From positions 544,001 to 608,000 of the forward strand of contig JBGAHS010000005.1 of NCBI GenBank assembly GCA_044226015.1: a stretch of 64,000 nt of DNA. Direction: 5' to 3'. The stretch's first letter is position 1, and every line of letters starts with the position of its first letter. A model generated the notes under the pieces. The model was not told the origin of the DNA. It did no database searches and saw nothing but the letters and a program-made list of their open reading frames with translations. Of this stretch, positions 32,285 to 41,766 are shown piece after piece. The stretch is from Candidatus Obscuribacteraceae bacterium (GTDB lineage Bacteria; Cyanobacteriota; Vampirovibrionia; Obscuribacterales; Obscuribacteraceae). A program made the position numbers and the translations under genes.

Positions 32285-34039
32285 GTGGACGGGTTGGAGC
32301 TAGAGGTTTTTCAAGTGCGAATCGGAGATTTGTTGCTCAGTTCGGGGTTCATAACTGAGGAAGAACTTAGTGCTGCGCTAAAACAACAGAAGTCGACGAA
32401 AAAGACACCAATTGGGCAGCTTTTGAAGTTGCTGAATTATTTGAAGGAAGACGAGCTGGAGTTAGTCCTTCAGGCTCAACGAAAAATTCTCTTTGCCGCA
32501 ATGTCCGATAGATTGGCGATTGCTGGTTTGAAGTATGCTCGGGAAAACAGGCTGAATTTTAGTGATGCTGCTGAGAAAGTACTTGCCACATCCAAAGATG
32601 ACGAGGGTCAACCTTTCACTGAAGAAGAGTTGGGTCGAAAAGAGTTTAGTTTTGCACCTTCTAGTTCTGGCAAAATATCGCCAAGTCTTGCTCGTCCCAG
32701 TGGTTTAGCGAATCCATCTGGTCCCAGATTTGCTGTTGACCCACTCGAACTCATACAGAAAGCCGACAACGCGGCTGCGGAAAAAGATTGGGAATATGCA
32801 ACAGCTCTTATGGAGCAGGCTCGTGGTGTTTACGAGAAGGGCAATAACTTTGAAGACGAGGCAATAATTCCTGTCTATTGTAGGCTCGCTGCGTTTTATT
32901 CCAAAATTGGGCGCACTCCGAATGCGCAAGAAAATATCACCAAAGCGACTGATTTGATCAACAAAGGAATTCAACTCTCGCCAGGTTCAACAAGCTTATT
33001 GGCAGCAGCAGCGCATCTATGTTCGCGCCAGGGAATGATTGCTGAAGCAAATCGGCTTTATCGCATAGTTATGCCGAAGTGGGCACAACTACTGCCATTT
33101 GAATTGGCTCAGTTCAATCTGTGTTTGCGCGATGCGATTGCTTGTTCGAGTGCTATTAGCCCACCAGGTCGGCACAATATTCGCATCGGAGAGTTGCTTA
33201 CAAACGCTGGTTTGATTGACAAAGAGCAATTTCTTGATTCTCTTCAACTTGCAAAAAGTCAGAGGCTGCCGCTGGGCAGAATTCTTTCAGAGCAGAAGCT
33301 CTTAAATGTCCAAGATTTGAGAAATGCAATGAAGGTTCAGTTGATTTGCCGAGCAGCAGCATTGCCTGTCGACTATGCTGCGATTACCGTCAAAGCTGCA
33401 TCTTATGCAGGTGATTCAATTAGCGACTTCTTTGGCAAGTTGAATATCCCTCTTGAAACTACAAGCAGCGATCCCAAAACTCTTGCTACGTTGATAAGCA
33501 AGATGGATGAACTCTTGCTGCTTGAGGAAAAACGTGGCATTCAAGATCCCAAAGTAGCCAGGCTGGCTGCTGAAGTTGGACAAATATGTTTAGAGCGTGG
33601 TGAGAATGAAGAAGCAGAAGCCATGTTCAGAAGAGCCCATGCTGTCTTTGCTATTGCTGGCGATGAATTCCAGGCTGAACTGGCAGAAGTTTGTCAGTGC
33701 ATAGGCAGGTTAATCATCAAACAAAAGAAATATCCTGAGGCAGAATTACTGTTTCTTCAGGCGATGGATATTAAGAATCGTATGCACGGAGAGAAGCACC
33801 CTACTTTTGGTGAAGCGCTAACAGATGTTGGTTATCTTTATTTCTGTCAGGCAAACTATACTCCTGCTATTGGTTCATTGCGTTCTGCATGGTTGATTCT
33901 AAGCGAAGATGGAACTGCCGAGAAGAAGAGATTCGTTCTGGAGTTGCTAATCAAGTGCTTTGAGCAATCTGGTCAGGAGTCTGAATCGGAAGTCTATAAA
34001 GAGCAGCTTCGCGCAATACGTTTCAAGGACCCCAGCTAG
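32285..34039 (+). CDS. Protein with two MshEN-like (c-di-GMP-binding) modules alternating with TPR regions
   Basis: RIGDLLLSSGFITEEELSAALKQQ / PIGQLL and RIGELLTNAGLI / PLGRIL; TPR-type helices (YPEAELLFLQAMDI...GEKHP). Confidence 0.75.
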   Translation: MDGLELEVFQVRIGDLLLSSGFITEEELSAALKQQKSTKKTPIGQLLKLLNYLKEDELELVLQAQRKILFAAMSDRLAIAGLKYARENRLNFSDAAEKVLATSKDDEGQPFTEEELGRKEFSFAPSSSGKISPSLARPSGLANPSGPRFAVDPLELIQKADNAAAEKDWEYATALMEQARGVYEKGNNFEDEAIIPVYCRLAAFYSKIGRTPNAQENITKATDLINKGIQLSPGSTSLLAAAAHLCSRQGMIAEANRLYRIVMPKWAQLLPFELAQFNLCLRDAIACSSAISPPGRHNIRIGELLTNAGLIDKEQFLDSLQLAKSQRLPLGRILSEQKLLNVQDLRNAMKVQLICRAAALPVDYAAITVKAASYAGDSISDFFGKLNIPLETTSSDPKTLATLISKMDELLLLEEKRGIQDPKVARLAAEVGQICLERGENEEAEAMFRRAHAVFAIAGDEFQAELAEVCQCIGRLIIKQKKYPEAELLFLQAMDIKNRMHGEKHPTFGEALTDVGYLYFCQANYTPAIGSLRSAWLILSEDGTAEKKRFVLELLIKCFEQSGQESESEVYKEQLRAIRFKDPS

Positions 34040-34056
34040 TTCAACTGGAGATAAAT

Positions 34057-34680
34057 ATGTCATTGCAGAAAGTACAAGAACGGTTCTTCGCTGCACTAAA
34101 AGATCTTGATAATGAAGCTGTCGACGTGGTTCAGAGAGCCTATCAGCTTGCTGAACGAGAGCACGAAGGGCAACTGCGCAAGGAACACAAGGCGCGTCCT
34201 GATGATCGAGATCCATATCTCATTCATCCCTTGCGCGTTTCGTTGATATTAATGAGTGAGTTGAGAATTGCTGATAAAACAGCCATTACATCAGCAGTTT
34301 TGCATGACGTGGTAGAAGACGGCAACAGTCGCCCGACGATTACTGATATCAGAAATGAATTTGGTTCAGAAATTGCCGAGACCGTTGAGTATCTCACTAA
34401 ACCTGATGAGGTAGACGGTATTCCACATACACCTGAGTCGTTGATGCCCTATCACGAGTCATTTCACCATGCGCCTCTTCATGTAAGGCTCGTCAAACTT
34501 TCAGACAGATTGGATAATCTGAGAGAGACATTGCTTGTCGATCGACCCAAGTTTCAGCATCGTTATTTGCGAGAGACGAGAGAAGTATATTTGCCTCTGG
34601 CTGCAAAAACCAGCTTGTATTTTACTGAGCATCTTAATGAGCTCTGTATGCGTTTAGAGAGCATGCTAGTTGCGCCGTAG
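34057..34680 (+). CDS. HD-domain small alarmone hydrolase (RelA/SpoT HD, Mesh1-like)
   Basis: HEGQLRK, PYLIHP, LHDVVED, VKLSDRLDN motifs; no synthetase domain. Confidence 0.85.
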   Translation: MSLQKVQERFFAALKDLDNEAVDVVQRAYQLAEREHEGQLRKEHKARPDDRDPYLIHPLRVSLILMSELRIADKTAITSAVLHDVVEDGNSRPTITDIRNEFGSEIAETVEYLTKPDEVDGIPHTPESLMPYHESFHHAPLHVRLVKLSDRLDNLRETLLVDRPKFQHRYLRETREVYLPLAAKTSLYFTEHLNELCMRLESMLVAP

Positions 34681-34879
34681 TCCACGACCGGGGAGCGCCG
34701 CCATCCTGGCGGCTTCTATGCAATTACCGGATCCGAACTCTGTTGAGGGATCCCATATGTAGGATCTGGTCTCGCACCATTAGGATCTGGTCGCGTCGTA
34801 GTCCACGAACCTGGGAGCGCTGCCATTCTTGGCGGCTTCTGGGCAATTACCGGATCCGAACCCTGTTGAGGGATCCCAT
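34672..34879. repeat. Two ~85-bp direct repeats, each with a REP-like palindrome (gggagcgccgccatcctggcggc)
   Basis: Copy 1 at 34672-34756, copy 2 at 34793-34879; the spacer contains taggatctggtc twice. Confidence 0.9.
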
Positions 34880-34880
34880 T

Positions 34881-37085
34881 CTATTTGCGAATTACAACCT
34901 CATCAGATGAAGCGCTAACTTTAACTTCGTTGGTCTGCCTGTTTTTTTCAAACTTAAGTGTCACTCGAGCGTTTCCTGATTTTAGATTTGAAATTTCCAC
35001 TGAGTTTATACTTGACGGTAGCTTCGGCCTATCTACAACCACCTTTCCGTCCTGCAGGTGTATTCCGAGAATTGAGCGAAGCATTTGAAAGAGGCTTCCA
35101 GCGGCCCATGCTTGCGGAACGCACGACACCGCGTATGGTATCGGTGCTTCGTAGGCATCGCGAGGGAAACCGCAGAACAATTCTGGCAGGCGCGCGTCGC
35201 TTGCACCCTTCGCTGATTGAACAAGGTTCTCCAGAACAGTACAAGAAAGGTCTGATCTTCCTATTGCCGACATGCCTTCTACTGTCATGGCATTGTCGTG
35301 GGGCCAGACAGAACCGTCATGGTAGCTCATCGGGTTGTAACGCAATTCTTGCGTTGAAAGAGTACGAATTCCCCAGCCGCTGAACATATCCCCTTTCAGA
35401 AGGCGCTCGGCAACAGCTTGGGCTTCTGATTCGCTGAGGATGCTACTGCTAAGTAGATGTCCAGGGTTTGATGAAACTACCTGGCATGGCGACCCTGTTC
35501 CATCCACTGCAAGAGCGACAAAATTCATGTCAGGCATCCAGAACTTTTTATGGAAGTTCTGCTTTAACAGCTCGTTCTTTTGGCTTAAAGACTTAGCCAA
35601 TGACTCTTTCCCTAATTTCTTAGCGAGCTTCGCCAGGCTATTATAAGCTTCGTATAAATATCCTTGAACCTCACACACCGCAATTGGTGCCTTTGCCAGC
35701 TCGCCATTCTTATGCATGATGGAATCGCCGGAGTCTTTCCATGCTTGATTGGAAAGTGCTGCGCCTGCCTTACCACCATAGTATAAGAAGCCATCGGCTT
35801 GCACCGAGCCCTCAATATATTGCAGCGCTGCTTCTATGTTTGTCCAGAGTTGCTTTGCCAATTCTACGTCACCGGTTGCGTCCACGTATCGCGAGACTAG
35901 CACCAGCCATAGTGGCGTTGCATCTACAGTGCCGTAGTATGGCATGAAGGCGATTTCTTTGTTCTTTGCCATTTCTCCGAGTCGCAGCTCGTGCATGATT
36001 CGCCCGGGAGCTTCTTCAGTGAAAGAATTTACTTTCTTTCCCTGGTAAGCCGCGAGAACCTTGATCAAGTCCTTTGCAAGACCCGGCATGAAAGGAAGTG
36101 TCTGCAACGCAGTGACGCATTGGTCGCGCCCGAATGCTGTAGAGTACCACGGCAACCCTGCTGCCAGACAAGGACCATATGCGGTGTCTTGTCTGAGGAG
36201 GTAAATGTCTGATACCGATTGCGCCACCATGTCATTTAGCTGATCCCAATCAATTTTGAACTCGGGAATCTCTTTTCTCCAGGCTTTGTATTCAGCATCA
36301 GCAATGGATTTCGCCTTGTCGTATGTGAGAGTTGACCGCAGTGATTCGGGTGTGTTAGATGTGTCAACTCGCAGGTCTATGGTTTTGCTTTCTTGTGGTT
36401 TCAAGTCAATTTCGTAGTTGACTATGTCTGTTGCCAATTTTGAAGGCTTGTCGTTAGCGGTGATGTAACTCTGATAGTCGCGCTGGTCAAGACCTTTGTA
36501 GGACGAGCGTATTATCGAGCGATTTGTGGATTCATTATCTAGCCAGTAACCAAGAAACTGACCTGCCTTTTCCCTCTTTTGACCGCGAACCTCGAACATG
36601 TCTTTGAAATCAGTTCCATGGGAAATTGAAACTTTCAAATGATATGGATGATTTGCGAAATTGCTCAGAGTGATGCGTTCGCTCATTCCTTTGTAGAGAA
36701 GCAAATCTCTCTGAATCAACACTTCATCCAGAAGAGAATAAATAAAGCTTCCGTGATAACCACCCTGCGTGAAAGCTGTCACAAGTGTGGGGTCTTTATC
36801 ATCAATTTGAATCTGCCAACGGCTCAAGTATCTCGTGTCGTCTTCAAAGAGTCCATAAGGAGAGCCAAGTCTCGAGTCGATCATTCCATTCTTGTCGATT
36901 ACAAGCAAAGAGTTGCCGTTTTTCAAAACAACTCTGGGGCTTCCGGTGGACAGAATTTGCGCGGGGCTAGCATTAATTGCCGAATTCGTCGGAGGCACAT
37001 TGTCGGCATACACCGGAAATGCTTGTACATATAGAAGTAGCAAGCAAAGCGCATTCAGCAAAGCGATGCGTAAAGAGTTCGACAA
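34881..37085 (-). CDS. Amylo-alpha-1,6-glucosidase / glycogen debranching enzyme-like protein with N-terminal signal peptide
   Basis: GLFEDDTRYLS, DMFEVRG, AAGLPWY...FGRD, PGRIMHELR, YYGTVDATP, NQAWKDS, YHDGSVWPHDN, LPELFCG, PQAWAA; GGAGG then TTG start. Confidence 0.92.
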   Translation of the reverse strand: MSNSLRIALLNALCLLLLYVQAFPVYADNVPPTNSAINASPAQILSTGSPRVVLKNGNSLLVIDKNGMIDSRLGSPYGLFEDDTRYLSRWQIQIDDKDPTLVTAFTQGGYHGSFIYSLLDEVLIQRDLLLYKGMSERITLSNFANHPYHLKVSISHGTDFKDMFEVRGQKREKAGQFLGYWLDNESTNRSIIRSSYKGLDQRDYQSYITANDKPSKLATDIVNYEIDLKPQESKTIDLRVDTSNTPESLRSTLTYDKAKSIADAEYKAWRKEIPEFKIDWDQLNDMVAQSVSDIYLLRQDTAYGPCLAAGLPWYSTAFGRDQCVTALQTLPFMPGLAKDLIKVLAAYQGKKVNSFTEEAPGRIMHELRLGEMAKNKEIAFMPYYGTVDATPLWLVLVSRYVDATGDVELAKQLWTNIEAALQYIEGSVQADGFLYYGGKAGAALSNQAWKDSGDSIMHKNGELAKAPIAVCEVQGYLYEAYNSLAKLAKKLGKESLAKSLSQKNELLKQNFHKKFWMPDMNFVALAVDGTGSPCQVVSSNPGHLLSSSILSESEAQAVAERLLKGDMFSGWGIRTLSTQELRYNPMSYHDGSVWPHDNAMTVEGMSAIGRSDLSCTVLENLVQSAKGASDARLPELFCGFPRDAYEAPIPYAVSCVPQAWAAGSLFQMLRSILGIHLQDGKVVVDRPKLPSSINSVEISNLKSGNARVTLKFEKNRQTNEVKVSASSDEVVIRK

Positions 37086-37124
37086 TGCGAAGTCCTCCAG
37101 ACTATTATGTTGTGCTGCTTGAAA

Positions 37125-38381
37125 CTACGATTCTAGAATTTCAACAAGTTCCAGAGCAAGAATATTCCAGCTCATGAATTGCGGTGCCCACAGAGGCTGA
37201 CCTGTTTCAGCATGATAATTTTCGTGCAAGGTGCCTGTTTTTTCAAGGTCGGCTTGCATGGTATTGAGCATTCGTGTTGAAACTTCTTTCGCTTCCGCTT
37301 TGAACCCTTCTTTTATAAGGCTGCGCACAGCAAGAGCATTTGTCAGAACCCATACCGGGCCTTGCCAATTAGAAACAATCGCTCGTCCATAAAGTCCGCG
37401 CAAAGCATTGTTATAAAGTGGTTCGGATGCCGCGACAGACGATAAACCAGCCGGACGCAGAAAATGTCGTTCATCGATGATGTTGGTCTTGATGACTCGT
37501 TCAATTCTTTCTGGTTTTACAATTCCGAGAATTGCTGGCACCAGACCTGTCCATGCCCTGAAAACCATTTGTGAGTTTGATTTCGGAAAGACGTTGCAGT
37601 ACATGCCGATTGATTCGTTCCAGCAATATTTTTCAATTGCTTCAATTACTTCCCTGGCGCGAATATCGTATTTTTCAGCCAGGGAGTTCTTTCCATACAT
37701 TTTTGAGAGTTCGGAGAAAGCCCGAAATTCAGCAACAAGGTAAGCACTCAAATCAACTGCGCTGAGTTTGCCATCAGGGAATTGGGTAATTGAGTCGTCC
37801 TCATCTTTTGCAGCCTCTCTGGGTGCTATCAATGCTAGATTGTCATCTACTCCGCTTTCCAGGACGTTTCTCCAGCGGAAAAGCCCGTGTTCAGTTTTTC
37901 GATTTCTTTCAAAATACTGCAGATAGCAGTCCAGGTCATCTATGAACTTTGAAAAGTCAGCGCTATGTGGCTTTGACTCTAATCTTGCCTGATGCAGAAT
38001 TGTTTGGCACAGAAACGGTTTGCATTCATCGCCGCTGTCCCAGATTCTCTCTGGCGAAACAGTGCGCGGAACATGACCGTCAGCTTCTTTAAGACTGAGA
38101 AAGTTTGCTACCACATCTGACTGAAGTCCATGAATTCCGACTCTAGAGGCAGCCTGCGCAAAGAAGCAGGAGTCCCAGTCGTACATTTGCAGATAATGGC
38201 CCGTTAACGATCTGTCCGACACATCAGCTAAATCGTCACCTCCTGCGGTGACATCATAACTTGGCGTTACGAATCTGTATTTCAATTTGCCTGCAGGTTG
38301 ATGAACGCAGGTTGGCGCTTTGCTCTGGAAAAACTTTTTTATGCTGCTGAGTGTGGTGTTGTTGATTTTAGTTGTGATCAT
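37125..38381 (-). CDS. (alpha/alpha)6 glycoside hydrolase, GH63/MGH1/trehalase-like
   Basis: MYDWDSCF, ESGVDDN, WQGPVW, LHENY, FMSW motifs. Confidence 0.8.
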   Translation of the reverse strand: MITTKINNTTLSSIKKFFQSKAPTCVHQPAGKLKYRFVTPSYDVTAGGDDLADVSDRSLTGHYLQMYDWDSCFFAQAASRVGIHGLQSDVVANFLSLKEADGHVPRTVSPERIWDSGDECKPFLCQTILHQARLESKPHSADFSKFIDDLDCYLQYFERNRKTEHGLFRWRNVLESGVDDNLALIAPREAAKDEDDSITQFPDGKLSAVDLSAYLVAEFRAFSELSKMYGKNSLAEKYDIRAREVIEAIEKYCWNESIGMYCNVFPKSNSQMVFRAWTGLVPAILGIVKPERIERVIKTNIIDERHFLRPAGLSSVAASEPLYNNALRGLYGRAIVSNWQGPVWVLTNALAVRSLIKEGFKAEAKEVSTRMLNTMQADLEKTGTLHENYHAETGQPLWAPQFMSWNILALELVEILES

Positions 38382-38511
38382 TTCACTCTGAATTGACTAT
38401 TGTCGGCATGAGGTGGTGACTGGATACTCAACATTTTAACATCACCAGGTAATACTCCTCTGAACAAAGGGAATACTATTGTTTACAGCGACGACAGGCG
38501 ACTAACAGAAA

Positions 38512-39177
38512 ATGACTGATAACAATAATATTCAAGCGGTCAACAATGCTGAATCTTCCTTGGATGAATCAAAAAACACACTGGATGCATGCCCGCATTG
38601 TGGTGCTGCTACCGGCAGTTTTAGTGTTGCTGAGATAGCGGCGCAAGCAGCAGCCTCAGCAGCGGCTGCTGCTACAGCTGCGGCTGCTAGTGCAGCTTTA
38701 ACTCAATCTGGAAGCAGTCCGAAGGTCGCCGATGACCCGCGTCTTGCAGCTTTAGCCAGTTCAAGTGGTACTGTGCCCACGAAGTCTGAGGCAGATACCA
38801 CGCTGACCAAGTGGGAGCAGGATACCTATCGCGATATTCTCAGTAACGTGAATAACACTTTGCGGTTTCAGATTCAGCTTGCAGTGCCGATACTCGCAGG
38901 CTGCGTGACAGCACTAAATATGGTGCCTCCACAAGAGCACCAGGAATTCTTGAACAACTATGATCGCTGGGTCTTTTGTCCCGTTTTGCTGAGTATGGCT
39001 GTTTCTTACTATGGCTTGGAATTGCACTGGGGCATGCAGAAAGGCCGCCCCACCGATGACCATGAGTCATTGACCAGGCTCGTCAGGAAGAAATACGCGT
39101 TAGTTCACAGTGCGATTCTTCTGCAAGCATTAGGCTTGTTGCTTCTCTTCATCTTTGTTCTATTAGAGTACAAATAA
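38512..39177 (+). CDS. Hypothetical membrane protein (CPHC motif, Ala run, three C-terminal TM helices)
   Basis: 221 aa ORF converging tightly on proC. Confidence 0.7.
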   Translation: MTDNNNIQAVNNAESSLDESKNTLDACPHCGAATGSFSVAEIAAQAAASAAAAATAAAASAALTQSGSSPKVADDPRLAALASSSGTVPTKSEADTTLTKWEQDTYRDILSNVNNTLRFQIQLAVPILAGCVTALNMVPPQEHQEFLNNYDRWVFCPVLLSMAVSYYGLELHWGMQKGRPTDDHESLTRLVRKKYALVHSAILLQALGLLLLFIFVLLEYK

Positions 39178-39179
39178 CT

Positions 39180-40013
39180 CTATTTCTTCGCCGAATTCTG
39201 AGTGTTAACCAGTTCTCGTGCTCTTTCTGCTGCTTTCACAACTGCCTTAATTAAGGTAACCCTGAGCTTTCCTTCTTCAAGTTCCATGAGACCGTCGATT
39301 GTGCAACCTGCTGGTGTGGTTACACTGTCTTTCAAGAGAGCCGGGTGCGCTTTAGACTCCAGAACCATGCTTGCAGCACCAAACATGGTTTGCGCTGCCA
39401 GTAATGTAGAAACGTCTCGAGGAATGCCGAGCTTTACTCCAGCCTCAGCTAGTGATTCGACCACCACGTAAAGGTAGGCCGGGCCGCTTGCGGAAAGTGC
39501 TGTGACACCATCCATCAAAGATTCGTCAACAAAAACCGTTTGACCAACACATTTGAAAATGGAGTCTGCCATTTGCTTGTCGGTTTCTTTTGCATATTTT
39601 CCGGTACACAAGCCAGTCATACCCGCATTCATAATGCTCGGAGTGTTTGGCATCGCTCGCACCACGGGAACCTCTTTGCTCAAACGTTGCTGTACAAAAT
39701 CGCTTGTAACAGAGGCGGCAACTGAGACAATCAATTGATTTTCGCTTATTGCGTCGTTGATTTCGCGAACCACAAGATCCATGTTTTGTGGTTTGACGGC
39801 AAGAATTATGATGTCGGCGCCCTTTACGGCAGCAACATTATCGACGCAGACGTTTATGCCAATTCGCTCTTTAACGCGTTCGATTGAAGACTCGTGTCCG
39901 ACACTGCCTGTGATATCAGAGGCTTTCAGATCACCTTGCTTCAGCAAACCTGCGATAAGCGCCTCGCCCAGTTTTCCCACACCAATGACGGCGAGTTTCT
40001 TTCCCTTAAGCAT
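39180..40013 (-). CDS. proC: Pyrroline-5-carboxylate reductase
   Basis: IGVGKLG, LAVKPQ, RAMPNTP, SASGPAY, VTTPAGCT; start ATG 40013 after GGGAGG. Confidence 0.95.
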   Translation of the reverse strand: MLKGKKLAVIGVGKLGEALIAGLLKQGDLKASDITGSVGHESSIERVKERIGINVCVDNVAAVKGADIIILAVKPQNMDLVVREINDAISENQLIVSVAASVTSDFVQQRLSKEVPVVRAMPNTPSIMNAGMTGLCTGKYAKETDKQMADSIFKCVGQTVFVDESLMDGVTALSASGPAYLYVVVESLAEAGVKLGIPRDVSTLLAAQTMFGAASMVLESKAHPALLKDSVTTPAGCTIDGLMELEEGKLRVTLIKAVVKAAERARELVNTQNSAKK

Positions 40014-40160
40014 TGTTCCTCCCACGGTCGTTGGGTTTATGGCATCGACCTGAATCAAACATAGAAGCAGAGTATACACTCCTGACTTCCCAAGAGTTAG
40101 ACAATTGCCGGACTTTGCACGATAATCGTAATTGAGCTAAACGCCGAACAAGGAGTAAAA

Positions 40161-40889
40161 ATGGACAGAAGAGAAGTTCCAGCGACCGCCGATGTTCCAT
40201 TTATTGACCTTATAAAAGATACTTGGGAGCCGTTCCAGGACAATTGGATGGTTGCGACAGTTTCCGCTGCTATCCTGAATTACGTCCCCATGATCGTGGT
40301 CGGAATTCCTGCTTGTATTATCGCGTTTCTTGTGGCCGGTTTTTTCGCCATTGTGAGCAAAGGCAACCAGGGAATGGCTATGATTGCGCTATTCCCCTTA
40401 GGAGTAATAGCTGGGCTTGCGTTTGCGGCTGTATTTAATGGATTGCGCGCCGGCTGGACTAAGATGCTTCTTGACCAGGCGCATGGCAAAACGATCAAAA
40501 TTTCCGATATTAAATGCGGAATGCCATGGTTTGTAGATTTCTTTCTTGCTCTCCTGATGATCGGGGTCGGAACTACATTGCTAAGTCTATGTCTTGTTGT
40601 TCCGGGAATTATTTTTGCGGTAAGAACCTCTTTTGCTCCATTTCTTATCGTTGATCGCAACATGGGCTGTATTGAAGCGCTGAAAATGAGTAATGAGCTT
40701 GTGACTGGCTATTCATGGCAGATTTGCGGCTACTACTTCATCTATTTTTTCGCGAATCTTGTCATTGGCTTTATCCCAATTATTCAATTTGCACTGCTGC
40801 CTGCTGCAATGGGCTTCTTCGATATGGTTTTGACTCGACTATATCTTTACCGAAAAGACGCCGTCGCTGGTCATATTGACGTAAGGTAG
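40161..40889 (+). CDS. Integral membrane protein (DUF975-like)
   Basis: Multiple TM helices; VPGII...SFAPFLIVD...IEALKMS..L..G pattern; AAGGAG RBS. Confidence 0.75.
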   Translation: MDRREVPATADVPFIDLIKDTWEPFQDNWMVATVSAAILNYVPMIVVGIPACIIAFLVAGFFAIVSKGNQGMAMIALFPLGVIAGLAFAAVFNGLRAGWTKMLLDQAHGKTIKISDIKCGMPWFVDFFLALLMIGVGTTLLSLCLVVPGIIFAVRTSFAPFLIVDRNMGCIEALKMSNELVTGYSWQICGYYFIYFFANLVIGFIPIIQFALLPAAMGFFDMVLTRLYLYRKDAVAGHIDVR

Positions 40890-41094
40890 TTCGTTTTCTC
40901 TGAAGGCTTCAGTTCTAATAGGCTTAGTTTGCAAGTTACTGCTGCTTCGTGTTAGTAACGTTGCGGTTATGCACTCGCATCTACTGTTGTAGTACGCAGT
41001 TCGCTAGCCATCTATATAGATGTGCATAGGGGGATGCGTGACCTAATTAATGGAAAAGTGGACTTAAATCGGTAAGTATTAAGTACAGAGTCAA

Positions 41095-41231
41095 TAGCAT
41101 GAGCTTAGCAGTGCGATTAGTAGAATTGCTGACTTTCAAAATCTTGCCTGTGAGAGCTCACGAAGACGTGATTGTATAAGGGGTTGGCGAAGAACCAGGC
41201 AAGTTTTCGTTGGCATCTTAAATACAATTAG
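41095..41231 (+). pseudogene. Possible decayed IS5-family transposase C-terminal fragment
   Basis: In-frame ELTKT*LYKGLAKNQ at 41154-41198 resembles the IS5 motif GYTKVRYRGLAKN; AVRLVE upstream in another frame. Confidence 0.3.
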
Positions 41232-41390
41232 TCTAGTTCTGAAGTATTGTCGTCCAAAAAATTGCGTAGCTGTATATTCTCAGATAAGGAAAGCGAAGCA
41301 AGAGCAATACAAGGTGGTAGCACCTATGGTGGCGGTGGTTAAGATTGCTTTTGAATAAGCCTCGTCAGAGGAAGACGCAATGTAAAATTT

Positions 41391-41430
41391 AAGGTCTGAT
41401 ACTGCATCTGGTATCAGACCTTTTTGTTTG
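41391..41430 (+). terminator. Perfect 12-bp hairpin followed by T-tract (terminator-like)
   Basis: aaggtctgatac-tgcatctg-gtatcagacctt-tttgtttg. Confidence 0.65.
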
Positions 41431-41766
41431 TCGCTTGCGAAACGAAAGCGAGGACTCCCGGAAAACTCCCTGGGCCGCCATGAATACAAGATTGATGATA
41501 GCTCGCTAATCAAAATCCGTAAATTTGTTTCTCTGTGAAGAAATCTGATGCTGTCTCGGAAAGAATTGCTGTAAGCTTGTTTCTGGGTTCTCTCTGTGAT
41601 TTCTTTGCTCGAACTTTAGAGCGAACTAATTCATTTTTATGAGAAAAATCTGAACTTTGGAACGCTAAAACCCTTGTGGAAAGGACCTTCCGGGTGGGAG
41701 AAGTCCCATTGCTGTGCGTGCCTGTGCACCGTACTCTAGGGTGATAGTCTCTACCTTCCCCACGGT

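Noticed and set aside
41247..41342. 31-codon ORF ending GGSTYGGGG before the 41391 hairpin
   Set aside because: TTG start without an RBS and no recognisable features.
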